Positions 1 to 12,100 of a stretch of DNA of 64,000 nt are shown piece by piece. The DNA is taken from the NCBI RefSeq assembly GCF_947568905.1, contig NC_079165.1, positions 101,246,001-101,310,000 of the forward strand, read 5' to 3'. The notes under the pieces were generated by a model. That model saw only the letters and a list, made by a program, of their open reading frames with translations. It had not been told where the DNA came from and searched no databases. The stretch comes from Ostrea edulis. Taxonomy: Eukaryota. Positions within the stretch are counted from its first letter, which is position 1. Every line of letters starts with the position of its first letter. A program made the position numbers and the translations under genes.

Positions 1-925
1 GCCACCTCATCTTATGCAGAACAATGTTGATTTAAGTGATTATGAGGTATGGATTCAATATTATTAAAAATATTTTTAAAAGCCAGGTAACGTTGTGGTT
101 GGTCATATTAAGAAGAAATGATGTAGCATTGTGTTTGCTGTGTGGACTTAATTATCAATTATAAAATGCACCCCACATTACGGTGTATATAATTATAATC
201 AGGATAATTAATTAGCTATAGAATTATCATATTAATTTTCATGATGCTGCTCAAGTTTTGTGAAGTTTTAATGTAAAATAAGACATGTATTTTTACATTC
301 AAGTATGAAATGAAACGGTTTTACAATATGTTTGTATGAGAAGAAAAAAAAGAGTCACTTCGCTTTAAATGGACTGTGTATTTGTAATCATTAATGATGT
401 AATAAATGAATTTATGTAGGCATTGTGGGAGTTGGCTGAGAGGATTGGAGATGCAAAGGGCAGTGGGATTAGTGAGGAAGCCCTACAGTCTCTGTCTACT
501 ACAGAATTCCAGTCTAGCACTGCAGACACAAATGCTGTAAATGAGTGTCGTATCTGTATCTCGGACTTCAGTGATGGAGAAATGATCACATCTCTGTCCT
601 GCAATCACAGATTTCATAAAGACTGCATCGAAAAATGGTTAAAGGTTAATACTAAGAATTTTTAAAAATATTTTATCCTGTGATGTTTACATCTTATGCG
701 ATATCACTGAGGAGGTACGAAATTGGTTACAGTACTGCTCATTTGAACACATCCATTATTAATTCTTTTTTTTTTAAAATTATTCCATACACTCTCGGAG
801 TTAGTTGGAAAGAAATTGTTGTCATATGTTCTACTTAAAAAATATCTATAATATGTGATTTTTTTTCTTTTCAGAGGAAAGCTGTTTGTCCCATTTGCCG
901 AGAAAACATTCATAATGAAAATTGA
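1..925 (+). CDS. RING-H2 E3 ubiquitin ligase, C-terminal part (RNF38/RNF44/RNF165-like); exons <1-46, 420-644, 875-925
   Basis: GT-AG exons join in frame to PPHLMQNNVDLSDYE|ALWELAERIGDAKGSG...CRICISDFSDGEMITSLSCNHRFHKDCIEKWLK|RKAVCPICRENIHNEN*. The C3H2C3 pattern is complete, and the YEALxxLAERIGxAK motif before the RING is typical of RNF38/44-like proteins. The 5' part is outside the window. Confidence 0.9.
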
Positions 926-988
926 AGCTGAGCAACAATATCTTGCTCCTAATAAGAAATGAAGACTGGAATATTCATTGTACCCATG

Positions 989-1193
989 CAATTGTGATTA
1001 TATTAATTAGTACGTACAGTTCACTTTACTGTTTAAAGTCATCTTTGGACTTTGCTTATCTTCTAGTGGTGATGCACAAGACCGTTTTGATTCAATTGTG
1101 ATTATAATAATTAGTACAGTTCACTTTACTGTTTAAAGTCATCTTTGGACTTTGCTTATCTCCTAGTGGTGATGCACAAGACCGTTTTGATTC
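989..1193. repeat. Two-copy ~104-bp tandem duplication just 3' of the RING gene stop (probable 3' UTR)
   Basis: CAATTGTGATTA...GACCGTTTTGATTC starts at 989 and again at 1093, near identical. Confidence 0.85.
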
Positions 1194-1391
1194 TCATACA
1201 GCAAAAAATATTTGACTTAATGCCACAGTTACATATGTCTTATATTTCTTCCTTCATTCTTCATCGTACTACAAGTATGGTATCAGTTTAAGTAATATTT
1301 TTGTCACCTGAGTTACCTATTTTGGTCAGAGTCCATCAGTTGTCTGTAAACCTTAAAGATTTTTAGCTTTTTACTCTTAACACTACATACA

Positions 1392-1568
1392 CAGTAAAAC
1401 ATAGTTACAGTAAACATGTGTATTATGAATTCCTGCTTACAGTGAAGTGATTTTCATTCTCTGTAGTTTTAAAACATATTATGAACTTATTGGATGATAC
1501 AACGTAGTACTATTATAATGAATCAAAATTGCTCATCCCCAGCAGTTCACTATAAGCACGTTTTGCTG
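1392..1568. mobile_element. Short Tc1/mariner-type MITE
   Basis: Imperfect TIRs CAGTAAAACA... and ...GTTTTGCTG, followed by TA on the right. The left TA is degenerate (CA). Confidence 0.55.
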
Positions 1569-3169
1569 TATGATGTTTTGATATAAGGGAATGAAACTTA
1601 TAAATGATAAAAAGATCGCTAGCCCCATAAGGTTATGGAGATAAAGCCGAAACATTTAAGAATGATGCAATTTTTACGAATTTTAACTCGTGTATATTTC
1701 ATTGACAAATTGTGTGCTGTATTATCCCCCTGTAATTCCTGGTTTTACAATAAGCAACATCATTGTATAGCTTTCCAATGCCTTTACTAGAAAAGTCATC
1801 AGAGTATGTAAATTTGAATAAAACGAATTACCACAAGGTCATTATAAAAGATAAATTCCAAACATGTCTCATGTACAGTGTGACTTCTTAGCTGACTCTT
1901 CGACATATACAAATTTGTTGCAAAGTTTACTGAATGTTACGTAAATCACATGATTTTGACTTGGTAAAATTTAATTACAGTTGTCATCAAGATTGTCAAT
2001 ATTTTTGACATATTTGCATAAAGTATTTCTTGGCCCCAAATTTCTACTCTTCAAAAAACCTATAATATTTCTAATGTATGCAAATGCAAGTCATTGTCTT
2101 TTTGAAATGCAATTCCATCTGTCATTATACTCACCAGGTAATTTTTCTGATTTGTGAAGAATACATTTATATTTAAGTTTTCTCAAAATATTATGTAGGA
2201 TGGGGAGCCATTTGGAGTGGATGTTTTGGTAGTGTCCAGATGTCTGGAGTGGGTTTTTTTTTTAGGTACATACATGTATGTTTTTCAGTAGGGTTGCTGT
2301 ATACATGTATGTCCCAGCTAATGAAAATTAGTCCCTCCCCAGATTCCAAAAATGCCATCAATTTAGCCAAGATGCAAAAATGGTTCTTTTTCACATTTAC
2401 CTCAAATTGTATCCCATTCCCTCATGTATATGCATGCATAATCCTTTCTCAGCTTAGACCCTATATTGCCATCCCTTCAGTTTGGCCATAGTGTTTGTGA
2501 TTAAACAAAAAGTTGTTTTCCAGAGGGAATTCATCATCTTCAATACATTGTCTGTTTCAACCTTGTCATGCTTTCATTTTCAACTTGATTTACATACCGT
2601 GTAAGAAGAAATTTGAGTGAGGATTTAATTTTGGCATTATTAGTAAGGGTGTTCCACTTTAAATAAACGATGTTTTTCTGCTTCCATGATGACTACTCTC
2701 GACCCCTAGTTGTTAGACTGCATCTTTCCATTCTCAAAATTCTCCCATTTTTCTTTATCAAAAAAATATTCTTGCAGTAGATTGAACTCTTTGCTCTTAG
2801 GTTTGCAGATTAGCCAGCAGTCATGTAAAATCTATGATTTTCCTTGTAGAAACAGTTTTGGACCTTTGCTAAGTAGATTTAATTAAGTATCTGTAAGGTT
2901 TTTTTTAGGATACAAGTTTAAGATCTTCTTTGATGTCATTGGGATAGCTTCTACACAAACATCTTGTTTGCCTGCATTTTTCTCTGAATCTACCTTGTCA
3001 TTAACGTCAAATTTTTGTGATGAAGAAGAATTATTTTGTACTACATGTTTGGATAAATTACAATTGCATGAGTGGTGTATCCAGGTTTTGACTACATTGA
3101 AATGGTTTGAAGAACAAATTAAGCAAAAAAGTGTTTTAGCTCGCCAGGATGAATGTCCATAGATCTATT

Positions 3170-3640
3170 GTCGTGAACCCAGTGTTAGTGTCACGTATGG
3201 AGGGGAAAACTTTTACCTGGGCTATCATTTAAATCAAGGGGGTTTGATACTTCACATATAGATGCCTCATGACCAGGTCTTTCATTTAGTACCAAGACTT
3301 GTGGCCTAGTTGAATTAAATATATTTTATTAAAGACAAAAGGACTGGGCACAAGTTCTTAAAACTTAGATCCAGTGATCTTTACTTTCAACTTGCACATA
3401 CAATGTACTTTTCAAAACTTTTCACCATGGCTATCATTTGAACCAAGGGGGATAGGCCTTTGATATTTCACATATAGATTCCTCGTGACCAGGACTTTTA
3501 TTAGACTTTTGACCTAGTGACCTTGGACTTTGACCAACTTTTCGAAAACTTTTAACCTTGGCTATATCTTTTGAACTAAGGGGGATAGGGTAAGTAGAGG
3601 CATGCTTCCAGGCGAGTTATGTTGTCTTGACAACTTTTGT
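3170..3640. mobile_element. Degenerate non-autonomous Helentron/Helitron-like element
   Basis: Internal repeats with TGACC/TTTGACC motifs and a GC-richer 3' end closing in ...CTTTTGTT, as in mollusc Helentron-associated elements. Boundaries approximate. Confidence 0.4.
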
Positions 3641-5089
3641 TCATGATTGCATCCCATTGATGGAAATTTCAGCCTTTGATTATCACCATTAAGTTCAAGT
3701 GCAGTAAAAATGTCACACTCATAATGATCTTCTGCTGCTTTAATTTCGGCCTCATTACCCCATGAATCTACACTACCATCTGTACCACTTGCATAACAGA
3801 TGATCTAAAAAAAAAATTCCCAACTACAAATTCTGTATAGAAAAATTGGTTTCACCTTAATTCCTTAACCACTGCATTTCTAGTTATAGCATGTAAATCT
3901 TGGTTGATGTACAATTCATATGTGAGATATCAAATTACCATTTCCTACTGGATATTACTGTCTTGCCTGCATTCTCTGTCCTACTATTCAAATCTTTATC
4001 GATTTTGGTAATTTTTTGTCAGAACTTTGACCCCAGGGTAGACAGATTTTTGTTTTAATTTGTTTCGGTTTTCCTAATATATTTCTTTTCATTGTTGAAA
4101 TCACTTTTAAACTTGTCTTGTTTATCGCTTATTTTTAATTTTAAACTACTATATTGACGATGGATAGATTTTGTTAGCTTGGAAATAATGCTTTTACCAG
4201 CTTCTCCAGACTCTTCCATTAATCTTGTAGATGCTGGGTTTGTATATATACATGTATCCTCTATATTATTACAGTTGAACATTGATATCTCCAATACTAT
4301 GGATATGTCGAAGTGAGTTTAGAAGTCCCAACCACATTTTCTTTATATATTTTAATCAAAGTAGTCCCAACTACATTTTCTTTATATATTCTAATTTTTT
4401 AAAGATATCTCAAACTCTCAGATATTTCAATATATATATATATATAAAAAGAGAGGAAGTTCTGTTCAAACAATATTTTATTTTGTTAAACATACTAAGG
4501 CTTAAGAATGAGCAGGCTGAGCCTACATGTATACAAACCTTCTTGAATATAGTAAAGATTGTATTTACCAACAAAGCACATGGTATAATCCATAAAATGC
4601 AGGTTCATAATGGATGTGTGTACTTGACATTGTATTAGATATATAAAGAAAAGATCAAATTACTACATGTTGTACATTAATTGTTGACTTGAAATCCTTT
4701 TTGATTTATGGTAATTAATCATTGTGTTGTAAAAATTCTGTAAATGCTAAGTATTTATATGCCCTTCAAATGTAGAAATATATATATTTCCTTTGTCATT
4801 AAAGTTGTGAATAATATTTCTGAGTATCCTGCTTATTTACACTGTGCTATTGATTCGAAATCTTTTATGGCAGTCACTGGCATAGGTGCTGTGTGTCTTG
4901 ACTTAAATAGGTGTTATTTTGCAATGCAGTTTGATACGGTACTTTCAGATCCAAGTTTTGGCAGGCATCTTTGTATGTTTGGTGTAAATTTCACATTTTC
5001 GTCATCTTTTCAACTGTACACTTAGCCTGCAATTTCAACCAAACTTGCCAAAAAGTGTCCTTGTAAATAGGATTCAAATTTGATTAAAG

Positions 5090-6790
5090 AAAGAGTTATG
5101 TCCCTTACAAGGGGAGGTAATGGAAGAAATAGGGTAGGATGTTTCTATGGACTTCTCCAGAACTGTCCCAAAATATCAAAAGCTACATGAAAACTTCCTA
5201 ATACATTTATAATTCAGATCCAAGATTGTGCAAATAATGATCCCAGGGCCACAATAGGGATTTAAAATTTACATAGACATATGCATATATGTCACAGAAA
5301 GGGAAAAAATGTAACAGACCAGGATTCGAACCTGGGGCCCCTGAATCTCCAGTCAGGTACTCTACCAACTGAGCTATCTGCCCACTGGTGATCAACCTAT
5401 CTGACCACCACATTCCTCCCTCCTTAACTGCCTTGACTCTTTAAGACAGCAACACATGACCTTTATCCCCTGGCAGGCATTTTCAAATTCACCTGTCATT
5501 TCCAGCTAGGGGCTGGTCTATGGCACCAAAGTTAACAAGAAGGAAAATGCAATACCAGATCGGGATTCGAACCTGGGCCCCCTGAATCTCTAGTCAGGTG
5601 CATTACCAACTAAGTTATCTAGTCTCCAGCAATCTAACCCATTTGACCGGTCTATTGTATATAATAAATTAACGGAAGGAATCAGGAAAGGCATTTTGTT
5701 AGACTATTGTGCAATATGGTTTAGTTAGAATCAAGTTTGTTGAAATTATAACTGATTAACCCAAGGGTCAGAATAGGCCACATTCAGGGCATGGAGTTTT
5801 AGTAGGAATATACATTTCTCAACACTTTCTTATTGAGAAGCAGAGGGATATAGTTTGTGAAAATAATACGCAAACATCATCAAGTAGTGAATAATTCAAT
5901 CTATCCATACCATGCCCCCTAGGGCCACAATTGTATCTTCTGGGATATGTTGACAATGTTGCATATGAAGATCTCTGGGGTCAGGACAGGACCACAAAAT
6001 AATGGGTTTATAAAAGTTTTTACCAGGAATATAAAGGACATTTCTTTAAAAACCTCAAGTATACAAGAATCCTATGATTTGGTATGGATTCAAGTATTTT
6101 TCAACCTTACTCAGTAAGACTTGTGAGGTCACAACAAGGCTTAGTAATTAATAGATCTTGGGAATTTGTCAAAATGATATGCAAGCTTCCTCATGCAGTG
6201 TAGAATCAGATTAATCAAACATTTACCTTTTGTGGACAGTATGGGAATCAAAAGTTTTAATACTACAAACTGTTTTAAAGTGTATTACAATCATATGCAT
6301 GTACCATCATTTTTTATGTAGGACATTGTTGTTTTTCCTTTGAATTGTATGCTTTTTATGTAAAGCACTTTAAGAGAATTTTAATTGATTAGGGCGCTAT
6401 ATAAGTCTTAGTATTATTATTATATTATAATACGGATAACAGGAATTGAGGAAATCAAACAGGTGCATGTAGACATATTCTGTGGATCAAGTTTGTTCAA
6501 ACTATGGCCCTGGGGTCAGGTCGAGGCCATGCTGGAAGTTCAATTTTCCTAAGTGTACAGACATATTTTGTGGATCAAGTTTGTTTAAACTATGACCCTG
6601 GGGTCAGGTTGAGGCCATGCTGGAAGTTCAATTTTCCTAAGAATACATTTCACTTTTTCTATAAATATCTTCTTCTCAAGAATCACTGGTTACGCTTTTA
6701 GAAATACTGATTTTTCAAATTCAATATCTAAGGCAAAGTTAATGTCTGTATAGAGCATAAACTTTCGGGTAAGGGTCTACTTTGGATAAT
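5090..6790. repeat. Degenerate oyster satellite-like (Cg170/HindIII-like) monomers, probably within a Helentron-type element; includes an ~84-bp two-copy duplication at ~6469-6640
   Basis: Recurrent TCAAGTTTGTT(C/T)AAA...GG(G/T)CA...GGCCA(C/T)A motifs. Family assignment is from recalled similarity only. Confidence 0.4.
5310..5625 (-). mobile_element. Two tRNA-derived SINE-like units in tandem (~5310-5395 and ~5555-5625)
   Basis: Minus strand shows an A box (TAGCTCAGTTGG) and B box (GGTTCGAATCC) in both units. The anticodon loop is 8 nt and the acceptor stem does not pair, so these are not functional tRNAs. Confidence 0.7.
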
Positions 6791-7084
6791 TTACTAGGGA
6801 TGACTGTTAACAAATTGTTTTTAATGTGTTTTCCCATGAGCTTATAAAGAAAAATGTCAGCAAATATTAGATACATTTGTATTTCACACTAATTTCCAAG
6901 AAGATCATAGGCACTCAAAGATGTCATGTTAAACATCTCAACCAGACTCGGAATTCCAACAGGTTCTCAGAAGAAAAGTTGTCATCTCTTTGAAAATTGA
7001 ACATCCTAATGATTTGTTTCATTTTGCAACTGGAAAATGGGTCATTAGAAGTATAATAGCCAGTAAATTTCAAGGTTTTTAGTC

Positions 7085-7562
7085 CTACCACATAAACAGT
7101 GAAAGCAAAAGTGAGCAAGCTCACATATCCCCACGCTCCAACATTGCTTGACAATGCCTCACATAATGAATGGTAATGCTATCCATAAATTCAAAAGGGA
7201 CAAAACTCCCAGAAATTTTTTAGAATCAGAATTTCCTGGGAATATGCACATCTACACAGTGTGTCTTTATTAACTACAACTTTCACAAAATTCTGTTGAG
7301 TGGTCTCGTAGGAAATGCTGACAAGAAATTAATCGTGTACTTTCTCAACTGAGTTGAGTGTGAATTTTCAGCCTCAACTGAGGTACTCCTGACTGTTTGG
7401 TGGCGGCGAATTGAGGAAAATCTCAGTTAAGGAAACCTCAAGGATTTGATTTGAGGGTTGAGGTTGAGGAAAAGGCAATTTTGGTTATGTTAACAGGAAG
7501 ACAATTTTTTCATTATAGATACATTGTATTTAAAACATTGAGTGCCTGTGGTGTGTCCTTAT

Positions 7563-7597
<35 letters not shown>

Positions 7598-7690
7598 CTC
7601 AGAGGAGTTGCGCCGACAAGAAAGGGACTGACAGACTGGCCAACAACATTACATCCTTCGCAACTTTGTTGTGTGGGGTATAATAAAGTT
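7085..7690. mobile_element. Pearl/CvA-like MITE (Helentron-associated) with two core repeats
   Basis: Repeated core GTGTCYTTATTAACTACAA...ATTCTGTTGAG...GACAAGAA, a GACT tract, and a terminal stem-loop CCTTCGCAACTTTGTTGTGTGGGG followed by TATAATAA. Confidence 0.55.
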
Positions 7691-7763
7691 TTGATGCCCT
7701 GGTTCAAGAAGGAATTCTTCTTTTCAAAATTACGATGCATCAACAGGTACAGTGTTGGCTCCA

Positions 7764-7924
7764 GACTGATAGGAAGTTTGACTGCTCACTTAATCCATCG
7801 AGTAACCCACATCAGTTACCAAAACCAAAAGACCAAGCTCCATTTCTGACTGATAGGAAGTTTGACTGCTCACTTAATCCATCGAGTAACCCACATCAGT
7901 TACCAAAACCAAAAGAGCAAGCTC
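7764..7924. repeat. Two-copy 84-bp tandem duplication
   Basis: GACTGATAGGAAGTTTGACTGC...CAAGCTC starts at 7764 and 7848. Confidence 0.9.
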
Positions 7925-8048
7925 AGGTTAAAGTGTTTATTTGAAATTACAAACATCTCTGCTTGTTGAGGTCAATACACCAATGAACAATCACACTCAC
8001 AACTGACTCATTACACACATTACAACCCTTCACTAAACAGTGACTTAA

Positions 8049-8565
8049 AGGGACTGATTCACGATTTTACCCAAAATTTTGTTTTTCCCTTTTAATGAAC
8101 AAAATCTACTGTCTAATGTGTTTGAAAGATTTCACATGAAAATTAAGGTTATACATCATCACTGAAACTCATTCTAGTGAGTTTATTATTTGTTTTGTAA
8201 ACAAAGATTGCAGTATGCTATTGTTTACGAAATTTTCAAAAGAAATGGATATCAATCAAAGTATTATCATATCTTTCATATTTCAAGCATTTTTGAGGTG
8301 AAATGTGTCATCTAAAAGTTAAAATTAGTGACTATGCAAAATTAAGATGCATTATATTACAAAATCAATATTTCACTTGTTTGTTTGTTTACATAAAAAG
8401 ACTCGAGTCTTTGTTTACATAACACATTTTTAAGGCTAAAATATTGCTTTCATTCTTGCATTCAGAAGGTCAAAATTTTGGCTGTCAACATTAAATGAGT
8501 TATATTTCTAATGTTTAACATCAAAAATGAAAAATATTTTTATCAAAAATCGTGAACCAGTCCCT
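8049..8565. mobile_element. Kolobok-type non-autonomous DNA transposon (517 bp)
   Basis: TTAA TSDs at 8045-8048 and 8566-8569. TIRs AGGGACTGATTCACGATTTT / AAAATCGTGAACCAGTCCCT. AG...CT termini with TTAA fit Kolobok rather than piggyBac (CCC ends). Confidence 0.8.
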
Positions 8566-9116
8566 TTAAAAATATCTCAATTTACCCTCCAATAACATGG
8601 CTCAAATGAAAATTTTGCAGAGAAAACATCTACCAACACATATAAGTGTTTACTTCTTTGTCTACAACATTGTAAAAATTGACATTGGTTTTCAATGTTT
8701 TTAAAACAATTGCATGTATTGTGATGAGGAAATAAATCTGTGATATAGTGGAGGCTTTCATTAAAGACATTGAGGAAGGAAACAAACCTAACATGGAACA
8801 CTTAAGATATGGGAAAATTCCTCACACAATTAGACATTATACACTGTAAATATAGCAGACACTTCATTTTCTTTCCTCCTCTTTATCTGAATTAAAAGTC
8901 TACTTTAAGATTGATGTTAGGAGTGATAAATACTGACAAAATTGAATGTTTCACAAAACTTTTTCATTAATATGTATCTTATTCCATCAAATACATGTAT
9001 AATAACACAAGAGTTTGTTTCTGTACTGAATAAAAGTACTTCCTGATTGTGAGTATCAAATTCTTACACACATACTACCAATGTCTGTGTATTCTGTCAA
9101 TAAAGAGAAGCACTGA

Positions 9117-12100
9117 CTAGAGCCTGACCTTCCCACTGCAAATGTCACGGTACACTTGTTCTGTTATGGGTTCATATTTTCCTGATATCAAACAAAACAG
9201 AGGGTCTTTTACAACACTAGGATTGAAGCCTTCCTTCCGCAAATCCACTTTCTTCAATTTGAAAGTACCTATATAAAACAAGGTATATAAATTTGAATAG
9301 GCAATACAACAATAGAAATACATTGTGTCAGCACCACTTTATCAGAGATCTGCCTGTCTCTGGGTTTAGGTCACATTTCACATGTATTACACAATAGTAA
9401 ATTTTTCAATTCTTCCTGAAAGTTTCTGGAAATGTGTTGCACTTGATGCTGTTCAAAGTCATAGCAGGCCTGGATTTCTCGAAAGAAACTTAAATCGAAA
9501 CTTGGACTTACAGTAAGTCTGAGATTTTGTTAAAATTTTGACTGCTCATATAACACAAAAACTCAAGTTTGAGATTTTTTTAGAGAAATCCAAGCCAGAC
9601 ATGTTCTTCAGCCACTCTAGTTAACCATAACACAAACATCATTGCAACATTTCAGAATTAAAGAAGTGACATTTCTCTCTGAATCTTCATCCAAATGAAG
9701 AAGTTTACCTCTACATTAACAACATATTTCTCTTCAGGTATTTTGAATTACCACAGAACATTAATCCATGCTTGATATTCTTCTCATACGATAAAACCTA
9801 TCTATGTAAAGCATTAAAACGCACCTGTTGTATCGACAGATTTCTTGATTCTGATAAACAAGGGTCTAGCATAACCTGGCAGTGACTTTTGCAGAGAAGA
9901 GTTGAGGTGATCCAGATCTAATAAATTGTGCTCATCCACAATGGCTGCCATTCCCGCTCTTCCTTCCAATCCTAAAGTAAACAGAGAGATTTCATGTATT
10001 GTTATTTCATATTCTTACCACTAAAATTATTATGCTTTCCTTGCAGATTTCTAGTACAACTTCATATCCCTTTTCCTGATTTACCTATATCATCTATAAA
10101 ATCGATTGATCAAGACTTTCCGAAGATGTTTTACTTCAATTAATACCATAAGCAACTATCAAATAAAGATGTAACATCTTCTACACCAAAAGTTGAGCTT
10201 ACAATAAAATCTCAAGATTGAAGATGATATGTTTCTGTTTTTGACACACTTGTCAACAAAATCAATTTGATACAATTTTTCATGTTTTAAAGCCAAAACA
10301 CACGTCTAACAAACCCACTTAAAATGAATTACAATTTATTGTATTGTAAAGTGATATTCATTCCCCTATGAGAAAAAAACCACAAGATTTTTATCAGCTT
10401 TAGTGAAGTTTGGTTATGATAAACAGTTTTTTGCGGGCCCTGGAGGATTGCTATGACTGTGTTTTACTGTATAATGAAGTTTGGTTATAATAAACAGTTT
10501 TTTGCGGGCCCTGGAGGATTGCTATAACTGTGTTTTACTGTATAATGAAGTTTGGTTATAATAAACAGTTTTTTGCGGGCCCTGGAGGACTGCTATAACT
10601 GTGTTTTACTGTATAATGAAGTTTAGTTATAATAAACAGTTTTTTGCGGGCCCTGGAGGATTGCTATAACTGTGTTTTATTGTATAATGAAGTTTGGTTA
10701 TGATACACAGTTTTTGCTGGCCCTGGAGGATTGCTATGACTGTGTTTACTGTATTTACATGTAGAAACTTTATTGATCTTTTTGTATACAAATCTACCAG
10801 AGTCATTTACCTGGGACCTCCACCCCGTAAACCACGGCATCGTTCAGTTTGATAATGTTACTAATTACAGCTTCCACCTCGGACGTGGACACGTTCTCAC
10901 CCTTCCAGCGGAACGTGTCACCCGTTCTGTCACGGAAATAGAAATAGCCAAACTCATCCATCATCAGAATATCGCCTGAAAATATAGGAGCAGACATCGA
11001 ACGTAATGAATCAGTCAATGTGAACCAGTAAACTAAAAACCTCTAAATCCATTAAAACTGAAAATCTGTTGGAGTGCTAATACCATATTGAGATTTCTAC
11101 CTGTTAGAAATGCGATGTCTCCCTTTTTAAATACATCAGGACACACTTTCTTGTCCGTGGCTTGTTTATTGACGTATCCATCAAATTCCCGCAGGGCGTC
11201 ACCTTTCACGATTTTACCCACTAATTCTCCAGGTTCTCCTGCAATAAAAGTGTCGGATGGAAACACTCCAGTCATTTCATATACAACTACATTAGATCTT
11301 TGTTGATATTACATAACATTATCAAAATAACAGTCAGCATATATAGATGAAAAGTAGTAAGAAAGAAAATGGATGGATGGACTGAAAATCAAACCTAGGA
11401 CTCCAGATATAAGTATTCACTATATACTACTTTGTGCAGATCTGTAATCCGCATTGTTTAAGAATTTATTCATTTGAATGCCAAAATTCATCAAATACTG
11501 GAGGGGGGGGGGGATAAGCTGCAGAGATCTCTATGATAAAACAGATGGATCAGGTCTATCCCAATTTTTTCACAGAAAGTTACAGTTCTGCAGCTAGAGG
11601 GCAGCATAATTTAAAAAGCATAGAAAATAAATCTGCCATTGCTAAGTCTACCCCAGTGCTCAATTTGACTGATAATGTGGATGCATCTGCAGTACATGTA
11701 TACCAACAGGAACATGGTCTTCCAAATATTAAAAGGCAGCAGCACCAGATTCAACAGTACAGTATTGCTACACTTCTACCATTCATTCAAAATGTATATC
11801 AGCCAATGTAAAGTGTTAAATGTCATCCCAGAATTTCAATGTTCTACTACTACACTGATGTACTGTGATTTGATATGATCTACTACTACACTGATGTACT
11901 GTGATTTGATATGATCTATTACTACACTGATGTACTGTGATTTGATATGATCTACTACTACACTGATGTACTGTGATTTGATATGATCTACTACTACACT
12001 GATGTACTGTGATTTGATATGATCTACTACTACACTGATGTACTGTGATTTGACTACTACACTGATGTACTGTGATTTGGTTCTATGATCTACTACTACA

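Noticed and set aside
2968-3162. ORF with FCDEEELFCTTC as a B-box/TRIM remnant
   Set aside because: The zinc-ligand pattern is incomplete and there are no convincing splice partners.
5310-5625. Functional tRNA genes (also at 21935, 26900, 27590, 57880)
   Set aside because: A/B boxes are present but acceptor stems are unpaired or loops irregular, and several run directly into SINE bodies.
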